Source: Gammaproteobacteria bacterium (GTDB lineage Bacteria; Pseudomonadota; Gammaproteobacteria; Pseudomonadales; Azotimanducaceae). Taken from it: 64,000 nt of DNA. This document shows, piece after piece, positions 18,331 to 30,047 of this stretch. The notes beneath the pieces were generated by a model that worked only from the letters and a program-made list of their open reading frames with translations, was not told the DNA's origin and made no database searches. The translations under genes were made by a program, and so were the position numbers. The DNA lies in the NCBI GenBank assembly GCA_038151515.1, contig JAYOVN010000004.1:5799-69798 (forward strand), in the 5' to 3' direction. Each line of letters starts with the position of its first letter. The stretch's first letter is position 1.

Positions 18331-19797
18331 CGGAATCTGCCCTGAGTTCTTGGCAGCGATACGCGCTTTTTCAGCTTGCTGGGGTACATCCACGACCTCG
18401 CCGACAATAATCACCGACGGGCCAGTAATCTGCGCTGCCTCCACTTGTTCCGGCAGTGTTTTCAGAGTCGCGTATATCTCTCGTTGGTCGGCTAGGGTGG
18501 CATTTTCAATAAGCACTGCTGGCGTGGTCTCGGCCCGGCCTGCCGCCAACAAGCGCTTTTGGATTTTTGGCAGGCTCACCAAGCCCATGTAAATCACTAG
18601 GGTTTGATCGTCTCGGGCCCATTCGGCCCACTCGATGTTCTCTGCATCCACCACGCGGTGTCCGGTCAAAAAACGTACGGACTGACTCATGTGACGATGG
18701 GTAAGCGGAATACCAGCATAACTAGCAGCTGCCATTCCTGCGGTGATTCCGGGGATCACGGCGACGTCCAGACCATGTTCAGCCGCGGCCATCAGTTCCT
18801 CGCCACCCCGGCCGAAGATAAAGGGATCTCCACCTTTGAGCCGGACCACTTTTTTGCCCCCCATGGCCTCGTCTACCATGCGCTGGTTAATGGCGGCCTG
18901 CATCGAGGTACCTGTGGGTCTTGGCTGACTGAAGGTCGGTGCTGCGGCACCCCAACCCGTTGCACCGACCACCTCTTCACGGGGGCCTTGTTTGCCAACA
19001 TCAACTAGCTCCACATCTCGCCGGGCGTAGTCCAATAAGGCAGGGTTTACCAACTTGTCGTACATCAGGACGTCTGCGGTCTGAATGGCCCGCAAGCCTC
19101 GCAGGGTAATCAGATCCGGATCACCAGGCCCTGCCCCTACCAATAGGATTTGACCGCTATTGGTCTGGCCGGCCAGCATTTCCTGAGCCAAGGTCACAGC
19201 GCTATTGAGGTCTCCTTGAATCGCTTTGTCCGCCGCACTGCTGTCAAACACGGAATCCCAATAGGCTTTGCGTGCATCCACATCCGGCAATCCTTGTTTG
19301 ACCTGTATACGCAGTCGTCCTGCCAACTCTGCAAGGCGCCCCAGCCCCTGGGGAAGTCGAGTTTCGATCCAGCCACGCACGCTACGGGCCAGAGTCGGCG
19401 ATTGACCCATACTTGAGACCGCAACCAGAATTGGCAGCCTATCGATAATCGCGGGAAAGATGATGGTGCACAGTTCAGTACGATCAACGCAATTAACTAA
19501 AACGCCTTGCTCTAACGCGGCTACAAACACGGCCTCGCTGACTTCCGGAGCGTTGGTAGCACTGATCACTAGGCGTAATTGCCCATGTACTGCTTCTGGA
19601 TAAAAGACCCTGCGCTCAATAAGCAACTGACCCGCATCCCGCATGCGTTGAATCTCAGGGTCCACCTGCGGGGCGATCACCGTTATCTGAGCCTCGGCTC
19701 GTACTAACCAACGCAGTTTGCGCAGGGCCGTTTGGCCGCCGCCTACAACCAAACATTGGGCGCCTTGAAGCCGATGGAAAAGAGGCAGATAAAACAT
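18325..19797 (-). CDS. cysG: Siroheme synthase (CysG, multifunctional)
   Basis: VGGGQTA dehydrogenase domain; GAGPGDPDLIT, LKGGDPFIFGRGGEE, PGITA methyltransferase motifs; carries an ~20-aa insertion. Confidence 0.93.
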   Translation of the reverse strand: MFYLPLFHRLQGAQCLVVGGGQTALRKLRWLVRAEAQITVIAPQVDPEIQRMRDAGQLLIERRVFYPEAVHGQLRLVISATNAPEVSEAVFVAALEQGVLVNCVDRTELCTIIFPAIIDRLPILVAVSSMGQSPTLARSVRGWIETRLPQGLGRLAELAGRLRIQVKQGLPDVDARKAYWDSVFDSSAADKAIQGDLNSAVTLAQEMLAGQTNSGQILLVGAGPGDPDLITLRGLRAIQTADVLMYDKLVNPALLDYARRDVELVDVGKQGPREEVVGATGWGAAAPTFSQPRPTGTSMQAAINQRMVDEAMGGKKVVRLKGGDPFIFGRGGEELMAAAEHGLDVAVIPGITAGMAAASYAGIPLTHRHMSQSVRFLTGHRVVDAENIEWAEWARDDQTLVIYMGLVSLPKIQKRLLAAGRAETTPAVLIENATLADQREIYATLKTLPEQVEAAQITGPSVIIVGEVVDVPQQAEKARIAAKNSGQIPL

Positions 19798-19826
19798 CTA
19801 ACTAGGTTACTCGTGTGAGCGTTTCG

Positions 19827-21161
<1,335 letters not shown>

Positions 21162-22478
21162 TCAGGATCGTGGCTCAGCCTCTTCGTCTGCTTGGGCTAA
21201 GCGCTGCAACCGCTGGCGTATTTTTTCTTCGAGTCCCGCGGCGGCGGGATGATAAAACGTCACGGGTTCCAATTCATCCGGAAAGTAACGCTCACCTGCA
21301 GCATATGCTCCGATTTCCGCACTATTTTCATTGTGAGCATGGCGGTAGCCGTCGCCATAACCCAGCGACTGCATCAACTGGGTGGGCGCATTGCGTAGAT
21401 GCATCGGGACGCTGAGAGACGGTGTCTGTCGTACAAAGGCCATGGCTTCGCCAAAGGCTTTGTAGGCAGCGTCACTTTTCGGCACGCTGGCCAAATATAA
21501 CACCGTCTGGGCCAGAGCCAGTTCGCCCTCGGGTGAACCCAAACGCTCGTAGGTGGCCAAGGCTGACTCAGTTAGCTGCAAGGCCCGAGGATCTGCGTTG
21601 CCAATGTCCTCACTGGCCATGCGAAGCAGACGCCTACCGATATAGCGCGGATCCGCACCGCCGTCTAACATACGGCAAAACCAATACAGCGCGGCATCTG
21701 GGGCGCTGCCCCGAACGGATTTATGCAGGGCAGAGATCTGTTCGTAGAACACATCACCGCCCTTATCAAAACGACGCAACTGCTCGGATGAGACGGCGAC
21801 CACCATATCCGGTGAAATGTCATCATTGGCGAGCTGGGCGGCAATTTCCAGCATATTCAACGCACGCCGAGCATCGCCATCGGCGGTATCAATCAACATC
21901 TGCCGCGCCTGGGGCCCCAGGACTTTGCTCAGGGCCTTAGCGCCCCGCTCAAGCACCTCGGCCAGTTCTTCCGGGTGCAAATTCTGTAGGACGTACACCC
22001 GCGCTCTGGACAATAGTGCGGGATTTACCTCGAAGGATGGGTTCTCTGTGGTGGCGCCGATAAATATTACGGTACCCGCCTCTACATGAGGCAGAAAGGC
22101 GTCTTGTTGGGCTTTGTTGAAACGGTGCACCTCATCAACAAACAATACCGTTCGGTGCCCGTGAGCAAGGTGTTGCTGAGCCTGGGCTACTGCGCTGCGA
22201 ATTTCTTTGACACCGGCCAATACGGCGGACAGGCTAATCCATTGGCAGCCTGCGTTATCTGCCAGAAGTTTCGCCAATGTGGTTTTACCGGTACCCGGAG
22301 GGCCCCACAACAGCATGGAGTGTATTTGACTCCGTGCAGCCAGCCCTCCAAGCGGCTTATCGGGAGCCAGCAAATGCCGCTGGCCTACATAGTCGTCTAG
22401 ATCGGTCGGACGGAGCCTATCGGCGAGGGGGCGTGGGTCAAACCCGGAGGCGGAAGCATCCGTAAACAGGTCAGCCAC
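21162..22478 (-). CDS. rarA: Replication-associated recombination protein A
   Basis: PLADRLRP, GPPGTGKTT, DEVHRFNKAQQD, ATTENPSF, SALHKS.RGS, SEDIGNADP. Confidence 0.96.
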   Translation of the reverse strand: MADLFTDASASGFDPRPLADRLRPTDLDDYVGQRHLLAPDKPLGGLAARSQIHSMLLWGPPGTGKTTLAKLLADNAGCQWISLSAVLAGVKEIRSAVAQAQQHLAHGHRTVLFVDEVHRFNKAQQDAFLPHVEAGTVIFIGATTENPSFEVNPALLSRARVYVLQNLHPEELAEVLERGAKALSKVLGPQARQMLIDTADGDARRALNMLEIAAQLANDDISPDMVVAVSSEQLRRFDKGGDVFYEQISALHKSVRGSAPDAALYWFCRMLDGGADPRYIGRRLLRMASEDIGNADPRALQLTESALATYERLGSPEGELALAQTVLYLASVPKSDAAYKAFGEAMAFVRQTPSLSVPMHLRNAPTQLMQSLGYGDGYRHAHNENSAEIGAYAAGERYFPDELEPVTFYHPAAAGLEEKIRQRLQRLAQADEEAEPRS

Positions 22479-23211
22479 GGATCACATCGGTGCCCTCGGG
22501 CACGACCAATTGAAATCGTGTTGCCGGCAAAGGCTGATTCGCTGAGACGTTACTGAACGACAACCGAGTTTGTTGATCCTGCCAATCATAAATCACCAAT
22601 CTCGTCAGCACCTCACCTGTCAGAACGATCTCCAGTGCCCGAAACAACGACGACGACGACCTTGGGGCCAACTGATAAATCTGCTCACCTCCAAGGGTCT
22701 GGCGCGTAATCGTGAAGTCCCCGTTAACCAACCGATCAGGCCGCATCAGCAAGTCAGCGGGCATTGGCCCACTGGCGTTCGACAAGGGCTGAATCGTTAG
22801 TTGCCCTAGGTCTTGATCGTAAATCTGCAACCGTTCTTCATCCAAAAGCAGAGTTTGCGGGAATGGTTCGTGAATTTGCCAGAGCAAGAGCGGAGCAGCC
22901 ATGGCGAAATGCCCCCGACTTTCCTCTAACAGAGTCTCACTGGCGTAGATACGTTGCACCACGGTTGCTTCAAGGGTTTCCAGTCCCTTCATCCAACGGG
23001 CCAAGGCCACGGCAGGATCTTCTTCGACAATTTGGGTTGTTTGTTGTAATGGACCCACACCATTGGACGTCGATTGTGTGGGCGTTGCCGGACCATCCGC
23101 CATGGATTCGATCTGCGCTGAGATCAAGGCTTGGGATTGCAGGTGGGGTGCCAGCAGGATCACCCAACACAGGATCAACCCACACCATGCCCTTTGGCTT
23201 AGGCTAGGCAT
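22471..23211 (-). CDS. lolA: Outer-membrane lipoprotein chaperone LolA (with extra N-terminal linker)
   Basis: Position between ftsK and rarA; signal peptide; [34 protein letters not shown]. Confidence 0.8.
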   Translation of the reverse strand: MPSLSQRAWCGLILCWVILLAPHLQSQALISAQIESMADGPATPTQSTSNGVGPLQQTTQIVEEDPAVALARWMKGLETLEATVVQRIYASETLLEESRGHFAMAAPLLLWQIHEPFPQTLLLDEERLQIYDQDLGQLTIQPLSNASGPMPADLLMRPDRLVNGDFTITRQTLGGEQIYQLAPRSSSSLFRALEIVLTGEVLTRLVIYDWQDQQTRLSFSNVSANQPLPATRFQLVVPEGTDVIRG

Positions 23212-25504
23212 TGCGCTCGGGCACCAAGACTTCGCGGCTGCCATTGGTATTCATGGCCGATACCACGCCTGCAGCTTCCATGGCTTCAATCAATCGTGCT
23301 GCCCGGTTGTAGCCAATGCGCAGTTTGCGCTGCACCGCCGATATAGATGCTCTTCGGGACTCCAGAACAAACCCCACGGCCTCATCGTACAACTCGTCGG
23401 ACTGCTCTGTATCGTCATCGGAATCCAACTTAACGAAGGCCTCACCCTCAGTTTGACCGGTAAGGATATCCTCGAGGTAATCCGGCGCACCCCGCTGCTT
23501 CCAGTCCTCAACCACACGATGAACTTCGTCGTCTGACACGAAAGCACCGTGCACCCGCTGAGGCAAGGCGGTTCCTGGAGGCAGATACAACATGTCGCCG
23601 TGGCCCAGCAACTGCTCTGCTCCGCCCTGATCCAAGATGGTTCTGGAGTCGATGCGCGAGGACACTTGAAAACTGATTCGTGACGGAATGTTGGCCTTGA
23701 TCAATCCAGTTATGACATCTACCGACGGCCTCTGGGTGGCAAGAACCAGATGGATACCCGCAGCACGAGCTTTCTGAGCGATACGCGCTATCAGCTGTTC
23801 TACTTTTTTACCTACGATCATCATCATGTCGGCGAACTCATCAATGACAATGACAATGGCCGGCAGCGGCTGTAATTCAGGAGCCTCGGTGTCCTCCAAT
23901 GGCCACAATGGGTCTTTGATCGGTTCACCCTTAGCCGCGGCGTCTTTGACTTGGCGGTTGAAGCCGGCCAAATTCCGCACTCCCAACGCTGCCATCAATC
24001 GATATCGCCGCTCCATTTCCCCAACGGACCAGTTCAGGGCATGGGCGGCCTCTTTCATGTCGGTGACCACAGGCGTGAGCAAATGAGGGATACCCTCGTA
24101 AATGGATAACTCCAACATTTTGGGGTCAACCAAGATGAGTCGAACCTGCTCAGGCGTCGCTTTGAGCAAAATGCTCAAGAGCATGGAATTTACCCCTACG
24201 GATTTACCTGAACCGGTGGTGCCGGCAACCAGCAGGTGGGGCATTCGTGCGATATCGGCAACGATGGTGGCGCCAGCTATGTCCTTACCTAGGGCAAGGG
24301 TTAGGTGACTGGTGGCTTCTTGGAAAACCGACGAATTAATCACCTCTCGCAGCTGAACCATCTCACGGTGTTCATTTGGAATTTCAATTCCTACGTAGGG
24401 CTTGCCCGGAATCACTTCGACGATACGCACGCTAATGACCGCCAGCGAACGGGCCAAATCCTTGGCCAGGGCGCTTATTTTTTGAACTTTCACACCGGGA
24501 GCAGGCTGAATTTCAAAGCGCGTGACTACCGGCCCGGGTAGCACAGAGACCACGACTGCCTCCACATTAAAATCCGCCAGCTTCAGCTCCAGCTGCTTGG
24601 ACATGGCCTCAAGGGCTTCTGCGCTGTAGCCGCCTCCGGCGTTGCCGTTGGGCTGATCGAGCAGGTCTACGTCCGGTAGCTCAGTAACACTTTGACTGTC
24701 AAACAGGCGCTTTTGTTGGGTCTTGCCCGCGGGTTTTTTCTCTGCCGCTGCTGGCAGAATTTGTACCGTCGGCGTTTTCTGCTGACTGACCGGTGTTGCC
24801 GCTGATATTTGCTTGGCCTCGAGCGTTGCCGCCAACTCACTCTTACGCTTTTGCGCTACTGGGTCCACGTTAGCTTGGCGCTGTTGGGCGCGAGCCAGAC
24901 GCAAGTCGTTCATCCGGTCGTAAAGTTCTGCACCTTTGTGCCAAGCCCGAGTCAGCGTACGCCCAAGCATCTCGGTCATTTCAAGCCAAGAAAAACCAAC
25001 CGCAGCCTGCACACCGACGAGCACGCCAGCAACGCAGAGGACGGTCAAGCCAACCAAGCCAAACACTCGAGCGCCCTGCTCACCAAGGGCCAGCCCTAAC
25101 ACCCCGCCGGAACCTGCGGGCAAGAAGTCTCCCGAGGCATTGTGGAGATACATCAGCACACAGGCACACAATATGGAGGCGACCCACCCGCTAGTACGCA
25201 CGCCAATGACAACGGCATCGGCTTTCAGGTGCCTAGTTCGCAGGGCCACCAGCCCACCATAAATTAACCCCAAGGGCAGCAAATAGGCTACCCAACCAAA
25301 CAGAAACAACAAAATATCGGCTAGATAAGCCCCGCTGGTACCCACTAAATTGTGGGTATCGGTGTTCGAACCGGTGTAGTTAAAAGACGGATCCTCTGGA
25401 GAGTAGGATGCGATCGCAAGAAGCAAAAAAAACGCCAGGGTGCCGGTGAGCACCAAGAACATTTCGCGCAAGGGTAACGGACGATTGGATGCAGGCGTCG
25501 ACAA
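23204..25504 (-). CDS. ftsK: DNA translocase FtsK
   Basis: N-terminal 4TM domain; [27 protein letters not shown]; gamma domain [18 protein letters not shown]. Confidence 0.97.
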   Translation of the reverse strand: MSTPASNRPLPLREMFLVLTGTLAFFLLLAIASYSPEDPSFNYTGSNTDTHNLVGTSGAYLADILLFLFGWVAYLLPLGLIYGGLVALRTRHLKADAVVIGVRTSGWVASILCACVLMYLHNASGDFLPAGSGGVLGLALGEQGARVFGLVGLTVLCVAGVLVGVQAAVGFSWLEMTEMLGRTLTRAWHKGAELYDRMNDLRLARAQQRQANVDPVAQKRKSELAATLEAKQISAATPVSQQKTPTVQILPAAAEKKPAGKTQQKRLFDSQSVTELPDVDLLDQPNGNAGGGYSAEALEAMSKQLELKLADFNVEAVVVSVLPGPVVTRFEIQPAPGVKVQKISALAKDLARSLAVISVRIVEVIPGKPYVGIEIPNEHREMVQLREVINSSVFQEATSHLTLALGKDIAGATIVADIARMPHLLVAGTTGSGKSVGVNSMLLSILLKATPEQVRLILVDPKMLELSIYEGIPHLLTPVVTDMKEAAHALNWSVGEMERRYRLMAALGVRNLAGFNRQVKDAAAKGEPIKDPLWPLEDTEAPELQPLPAIVIVIDEFADMMMIVGKKVEQLIARIAQKARAAGIHLVLATQRPSVDVITGLIKANIPSRISFQVSSRIDSRTILDQGGAEQLLGHGDMLYLPPGTALPQRVHGAFVSDDEVHRVVEDWKQRGAPDYLEDILTGQTEGEAFVKLDSDDDTEQSDELYDEAVGFVLESRRASISAVQRKLRIGYNRAARLIEAMEAAGVVSAMNTNGSREVLVPERNA

Positions 25505-25663
25505 AAAGGGATCCTCTTAAGCTGGCGTCAGTGTACGCACTCGCCGTTTTTGGCACAAATAGGCACAATGCACCTTTGCAAACTGGCTCAAAGGTCAGAG
25601 CACCCAGTTATCATCTCAAAACCATCCCTCTTATCACTAGGGATATTGCAACGGAGCCAAAAT

Positions 25664-25942
25664 ATGCGGCCAGATAAAGTTAAAGTCATCGACGAAGTTT
25701 GGGACGACGAACGTATCAATAGTTTTTTAACCAAGGAACCGCTAGGCAATGAGCCTCAAGACTTTAGCCGACTGTTGCACGCTTACCGCAGCATGCGCCT
25801 AGACGATTTCCGGATTTTTTTGGAACGATTCAAAGCTCAAGGAGGCGATGTTCAGGCCACAAACACCGCCGGTGAAACCTTGATGGACATCGTTAAAGAC
25901 CATCGACAATCTGCAGACTTCATAGCCTTGTTACGAGCCTAA
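25664..25942 (+). CDS. Conserved small hypothetical protein (PA4642-like)
   Basis: DKVKVIDEVWDDERI..FL, LLHAYRSMRLDDF..FL..F...G.D resembles the PA4642 family as I recall it; RBS GGAG before ATG 25664. Confidence 0.65.
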   Translation: MRPDKVKVIDEVWDDERINSFLTKEPLGNEPQDFSRLLHAYRSMRLDDFRIFLERFKAQGGDVQATNTAGETLMDIVKDHRQSADFIALLRA

Positions 25943-25951
25943 AAGCCGGTC

Positions 25952-26677
25952 GTGTCAGGCATACCCTTACTGCCCTCAGCCCCCATTGGTTTTCCGGAGC
26001 CTCGTTGCGCTTTGGGTGATCCCGACGGGCTGCTGGCAGCAGGCGGTGCTCTAACACCTGATTGGCTGGTAGAGGCCTATGCCCTCGGGATTTTTCCGTG
26101 GTTCGAAAATGATGAGGGGCCGATCTATTGGTGGTGTCCCGCCGTACGAGCCGTCACTGTCCCTGGCGAAATGCGGATAACCCGCAGCCTTGCCAAGCGT
26201 CTTCGCAACGGTGGATTCACCGTCACCTTTGACCGCTGCTTCGATGACGTCATTGAGGCCTGCGCCAAACTAAGAGCCACCTCTGTGGGCACGTGGATAA
26301 CGCCTAGAATGCGCCAAGCGTATCGAGAACTGCACGCGACAGGCGTTGCTCACAGTGTTGAAGTTTGGTCTGAGAACATACTCGTGGGTGGTTTGTATGG
26401 TCTTTCTCTGGGCCAGATGTTCTTTGGCGAATCCATGTTTGCAGAACGACCAGACGCTTCGAAGGTGGCCTTCTACCACTTGCATCAACGACTGTGCGCA
26501 TGGGATTTCTCACTCATCGACTGTCAGATGATGAACCCTCACCTCGAATCCTTGGGTGTTAAACCCATGCCTCGGGAGGCGTTTTTGTCCTTGCTGGCGA
26601 AAAACGATTTAAGCCTGAGCCGCCTAGGTCCTTGGGATACCCTTGAGGCGTCGCTGAAGACAGAGTGCCCATCGTGA
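25952..26677 (+). CDS. aat: Leucyl/phenylalanyl-tRNA--protein transferase
   Basis: GLLAAGG, AYALGIFPWF, TWIT, HSVEVW, GGLYG, FFGESMF, DASKVA, IDCQ. Confidence 0.95.
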   Translation: MSGIPLLPSAPIGFPEPRCALGDPDGLLAAGGALTPDWLVEAYALGIFPWFENDEGPIYWWCPAVRAVTVPGEMRITRSLAKRLRNGGFTVTFDRCFDDVIEACAKLRATSVGTWITPRMRQAYRELHATGVAHSVEVWSENILVGGLYGLSLGQMFFGESMFAERPDASKVAFYHLHQRLCAWDFSLIDCQMMNPHLESLGVKPMPREAFLSLLAKNDLSLSRLGPWDTLEASLKTECPS

Positions 26678-27393
26678 GCGCAGGTTCAGATCAAGACAAG
26701 CCGCTGGACTTTTATCTCACGCCCCCACACCCGTGTTCCTACTTGGACCGAAGCGATGCTCAAACATTGTTTGCAGATCCGCGGCGGATCATCACCAGCA
26801 GTAGCTACCAACACCTCTCAGACCAAGGGTTTCGTCGCAGTGGCGGGCATCTATATCGCCCCCGATGCAACCACTGTAACGCCTGTATCGCCGTCCGCGT
26901 GCCGGTGCAGACCTTCAAAGCCAATCGCAGCCAACGCCGAACGCTGGGCCGCAACACACAGCTCAGGGTTACTGTGGAGCCGGCGCGATTTACCCAGCGC
27001 TATTTTCAAGTCTATGAGCGTTACATCAGCATGCGGCATACAGATGGCGACATGTACCCAGCCACAGAGGATCAATTTAAATCGTTTCTTCTCAGCGCTT
27101 GGGCTGACACCATTTTTATCTGTGCTTACGAAGGCGAGCGGTTGTTGAGCGTCGCTGTGACGGATCAACTCAACGATGGTCTGTCAGCGGTTTATACATT
27201 CTTTGAGCCAACAGAAGCCTCTAGAAGCCTCGGAGTGTTCAGTATTTTGCAGCAGATCGAAATGTGCAAAACCTTGGGTTTAAGCCACCTGTATTTGGGG
27301 TACTGGATAAAGGACTCTCAAAAAATGGCGTATAAAAGCCAATATCGGCCACTGCAAATGTTCATCGACCACCGATGGGTCACCCTGAGCTAG
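26674..27393 (+). CDS. bpt: ATE-like aminoacyl-tRNA--protein transferase (bacterial Bpt)
   Basis: HPCSYL, GFRRSGGHLYRPRCNHCNAC, LSAVYTFFEP, SLG, YLGYWI; GTGA overlap with the aat stop. Confidence 0.88.
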   Translation: MSAGSDQDKPLDFYLTPPHPCSYLDRSDAQTLFADPRRIITSSSYQHLSDQGFRRSGGHLYRPRCNHCNACIAVRVPVQTFKANRSQRRTLGRNTQLRVTVEPARFTQRYFQVYERYISMRHTDGDMYPATEDQFKSFLLSAWADTIFICAYEGERLLSVAVTDQLNDGLSAVYTFFEPTEASRSLGVFSILQQIEMCKTLGLSHLYLGYWIKDSQKMAYKSQYRPLQMFIDHRWVTLS

Positions 27394-27496
27394 CCAACTC
27401 ACGTAAGAACTAGGCCAAACCAAGTCTGAAACCAGACTTCTATTTGCCCCGCCCTTCTGGCACCATGCCGCGCGACTATTACGACCCAGAGGCCGC

Positions 27497-27712
27497 ATGG
27501 CAAAAGAAGAACAGATTGAAATGGACGGCACCATCATCGACACCCTACCGAACACCATGTTCCGGGTAGAGTTGGAAAATGGACACACCGTCACGGCGCA
27601 TATCTCAGGCAAGATGCGTAAAAACTACATCCGTATCTTGACCGGGGACAAGGTCAAAGTGGAACTCACCCCCTACGACTTGAGCAAGGGCCGCATTACC
27701 TTCCGTATGTAA
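27497..27712 (+). CDS. infA: Translation initiation factor IF-1
   Basis: [25 protein letters not shown]...[19 protein letters not shown]. Confidence 0.98.
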   Translation: MAKEEQIEMDGTIIDTLPNTMFRVELENGHTVTAHISGKMRKNYIRILTGDKVKVELTPYDLSKGRITFRM

Positions 27713-27713
27713 G

Positions 27714-27730
27714 CTGCTGCCGGGCAGCAG
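27714..27730. terminator. Hairpin between convergent infA and clpA
   Basis: CTGCTGC-cgg-GCAGCAG immediately after the infA stop. Confidence 0.5.
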
Positions 27731-27735
27731 AGGCA

Positions 27736-29997
27736 TTAGACCTCTGCCGCTGCTAACACCTGTATATCCAGTTCGTCGTTGTCGATGGATACCCGCACCG
27801 TACCGCCAGACGCCAGATCCCCAAAGAGCAAATCCTCTGCCAAAGGCCGCTTGATCTTCTCTTGAATCAGCCGCTGCATGGGGCGTGCCCCCATCTTTTC
27901 GTCGTAGCCTTCCTTGGCCAGCCAAGCGCGGGCTTCGTCGTCCACTTCTAACGTTACGCGTTTTTCGTCCAGTTGGGCCTGTAACTCCGTTAGGAACTTG
28001 TCCACGACAGTTTTGACAATTTCGATGTTCAACGCACTGAACTGAACAATGGCATCCAAGCGGTTTCGGAATTCCGGCGTGAACATCCTGCGAATCACTT
28101 CCATGCCGTCTGTGGTGTTGTCCTGTTCGGTGAAACCAATGGACGGACGCCCCATTTCCTGAGCGCCGGCATTGGTGGTCATGATCAACACCACATTGCG
28201 GAAGTCCGCCTTGCGCCCGTTATTATCGGTTAGCGTGCCGTGATCCATGACCTGCAACAACAAGTTGAATACTTCCGGGTGGGCCTTTTCAATTTCATCT
28301 AATAGCACCACGCTGTGTGGGTGCTTGGTCACTGCCTCGGTCAACAAACCACCTTGATCAAAACCAACGTAGCCAGGGGGCGCACCGATCAACCGAGAAA
28401 CCGTGTGTCGCTCCATGTACTCGGACATGTCGTAACGCAGCAGCTCAACACCCATGGCGTGAGCCAATTGCTTGGACACTTCGGTTTTACCGACCCCAGT
28501 GGGGCCAGCAAACAAAAACGATCCGATGGGTTTATCGCCACTCTTTAAACCGGCTCTGGAGAGTTTGATGGCGGAAGCGAGTTGTTCAATGGCTTCATTC
28601 TGACCGAAGACAGCCATTTTCAAATTACCCTCTAAATCCCGCAAAGATGCTTTATCCGACGTCGTCACCTGTGATGAGGGAATACGGGCAATCTTCGCTA
28701 CCACCTGCTCAACATCCGAAGCACCGACACTTTTCTTGCGCTTGCTGGGCGGCTGAAGCTGCTGAGCTGCACCGGCTTCGTCGACCACGTCAATAGCCTT
28801 GTCCGGCATAAACCGGTCGTTAATGTAACGAGCCGCCAGTTCTGAGGCCGTGCGCAATGCCTTGTCTGTGTAGCGTAGGTTGTAATGCTCTTCGAAGCGG
28901 GACTTCAATCCTTTCAAAATTCGATAGGTGTCATCCACATCCGGTTCTTCCACGTCAATTTTCTGAAAGCGCCGGGAAAGGGCGCGATCTTTATCAAAGA
29001 TACCTCGATACTCTTGGTAAGTTGTGGAACCCATGCAGCGCATCTGTCCAGAGGTCAGCAGCGGTTTGAGCAAATTTGAGGCGTCCATCACGCCGCCGGA
29101 CGCTGCCCCTGCGCCGATGATCGTGTGGATTTCGTCGATGAACAAGATCGAGCCTTCGATCTCTTTGAGCTCGGCAAGCACCGCTTTAAAACGTTTTTCA
29201 AAATCGCCCCGATACTTCGTTCCTGCCACCAAGGCCCCAAGGTCTAGGGAGTAGATGGTGCTGCCCGCGACAACTTCGGGCACTTTTTCATCAACGATGC
29301 GTTTGGCTAAACCTTCGGCAATCGCCGTTTTGCCGACGCCGGATTCGCCGACCAATAAAGGGTTATTCTTGCGTCGACGGCACAAGATCTGCACGACGCG
29401 CTCCAGCTCGTCAGCGCGACCAACCAGGGGGTCAATGCGCCCCGCCCGGGCCTCTTCATTTAAATCCGTCGCGTAGAGCTGCAAAGCTTTTTGGCCGCCC
29501 TCTGGAGCCTCTTCACCTTCTGCAGTCTGGCCACCTAACTCGGCTTCTTCGTCAGCGTCGTCAACTTTGCTGATCCCGTGGGATATGTAGTTCACCACAT
29601 CGATACGGCTAATCCCCTGAACCTTTAGCAGATAAACTGCCTGGCTCTCCTGCTCACTAAAGATAGCCACCAAGACATTGGCACCCGTGACTTCTTTTCT
29701 TCCTGAGGACTGGACATGGAACAAAGAGCGAGACACCACACGCTGAAATCCCAAGGTCGTTTGCGGTCCGTGTTCTTCATCACTGGCAGGCAAAATGGGC
29801 GTGGTTTCCTCGATGTACTTTTCCAATTCCTTGGACAGTTTCTCAACGTCTCCGCCAACGTTTTTAAGCACATCGATCGCAGCATCGTTGGTCATCAAAG
29901 CCAGCAGCAAATGTTCCACCGTTATGAATTCGTGACGGCGTGTGCTTGCATCTTGGGCAATTTCGTTCAGCGACTTTTCAAGTTCCTTGCTTAACAT
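27736..29997 (-). CDS. clpA: ATP-dependent Clp protease ATPase ClpA
   Basis: HEFITVEHLLLAL; two AAA modules (GESGVGKT, GPTGVGKT); RYDMSEYMERH; GARP. Confidence 0.97.
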   Translation of the reverse strand: MLSKELEKSLNEIAQDASTRRHEFITVEHLLLALMTNDAAIDVLKNVGGDVEKLSKELEKYIEETTPILPASDEEHGPQTTLGFQRVVSRSLFHVQSSGRKEVTGANVLVAIFSEQESQAVYLLKVQGISRIDVVNYISHGISKVDDADEEAELGGQTAEGEEAPEGGQKALQLYATDLNEEARAGRIDPLVGRADELERVVQILCRRRKNNPLLVGESGVGKTAIAEGLAKRIVDEKVPEVVAGSTIYSLDLGALVAGTKYRGDFEKRFKAVLAELKEIEGSILFIDEIHTIIGAGAASGGVMDASNLLKPLLTSGQMRCMGSTTYQEYRGIFDKDRALSRRFQKIDVEEPDVDDTYRILKGLKSRFEEHYNLRYTDKALRTASELAARYINDRFMPDKAIDVVDEAGAAQQLQPPSKRKKSVGASDVEQVVAKIARIPSSQVTTSDKASLRDLEGNLKMAVFGQNEAIEQLASAIKLSRAGLKSGDKPIGSFLFAGPTGVGKTEVSKQLAHAMGVELLRYDMSEYMERHTVSRLIGAPPGYVGFDQGGLLTEAVTKHPHSVVLLDEIEKAHPEVFNLLLQVMDHGTLTDNNGRKADFRNVVLIMTTNAGAQEMGRPSIGFTEQDNTTDGMEVIRRMFTPEFRNRLDAIVQFSALNIEIVKTVVDKFLTELQAQLDEKRVTLEVDDEARAWLAKEGYDEKMGARPMQRLIQEKIKRPLAEDLLFGDLASGGTVRVSIDNDELDIQVLAAAEV

Positions 29998-30047
29998 TAC
30001 TTCTCTCTTTGTTTGGGCCGTTCTGACATGGCGCCGTTAGGACGACA

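Noticed and set aside
23054-23082. Palindrome (CCCACAC/GTGTGGG) inside the LolA linker as a second in-frame palindromic insertion
   Set aside because: Only a 7-bp stem, which is plausible by chance, and there is no sequence similarity to the cysG element.
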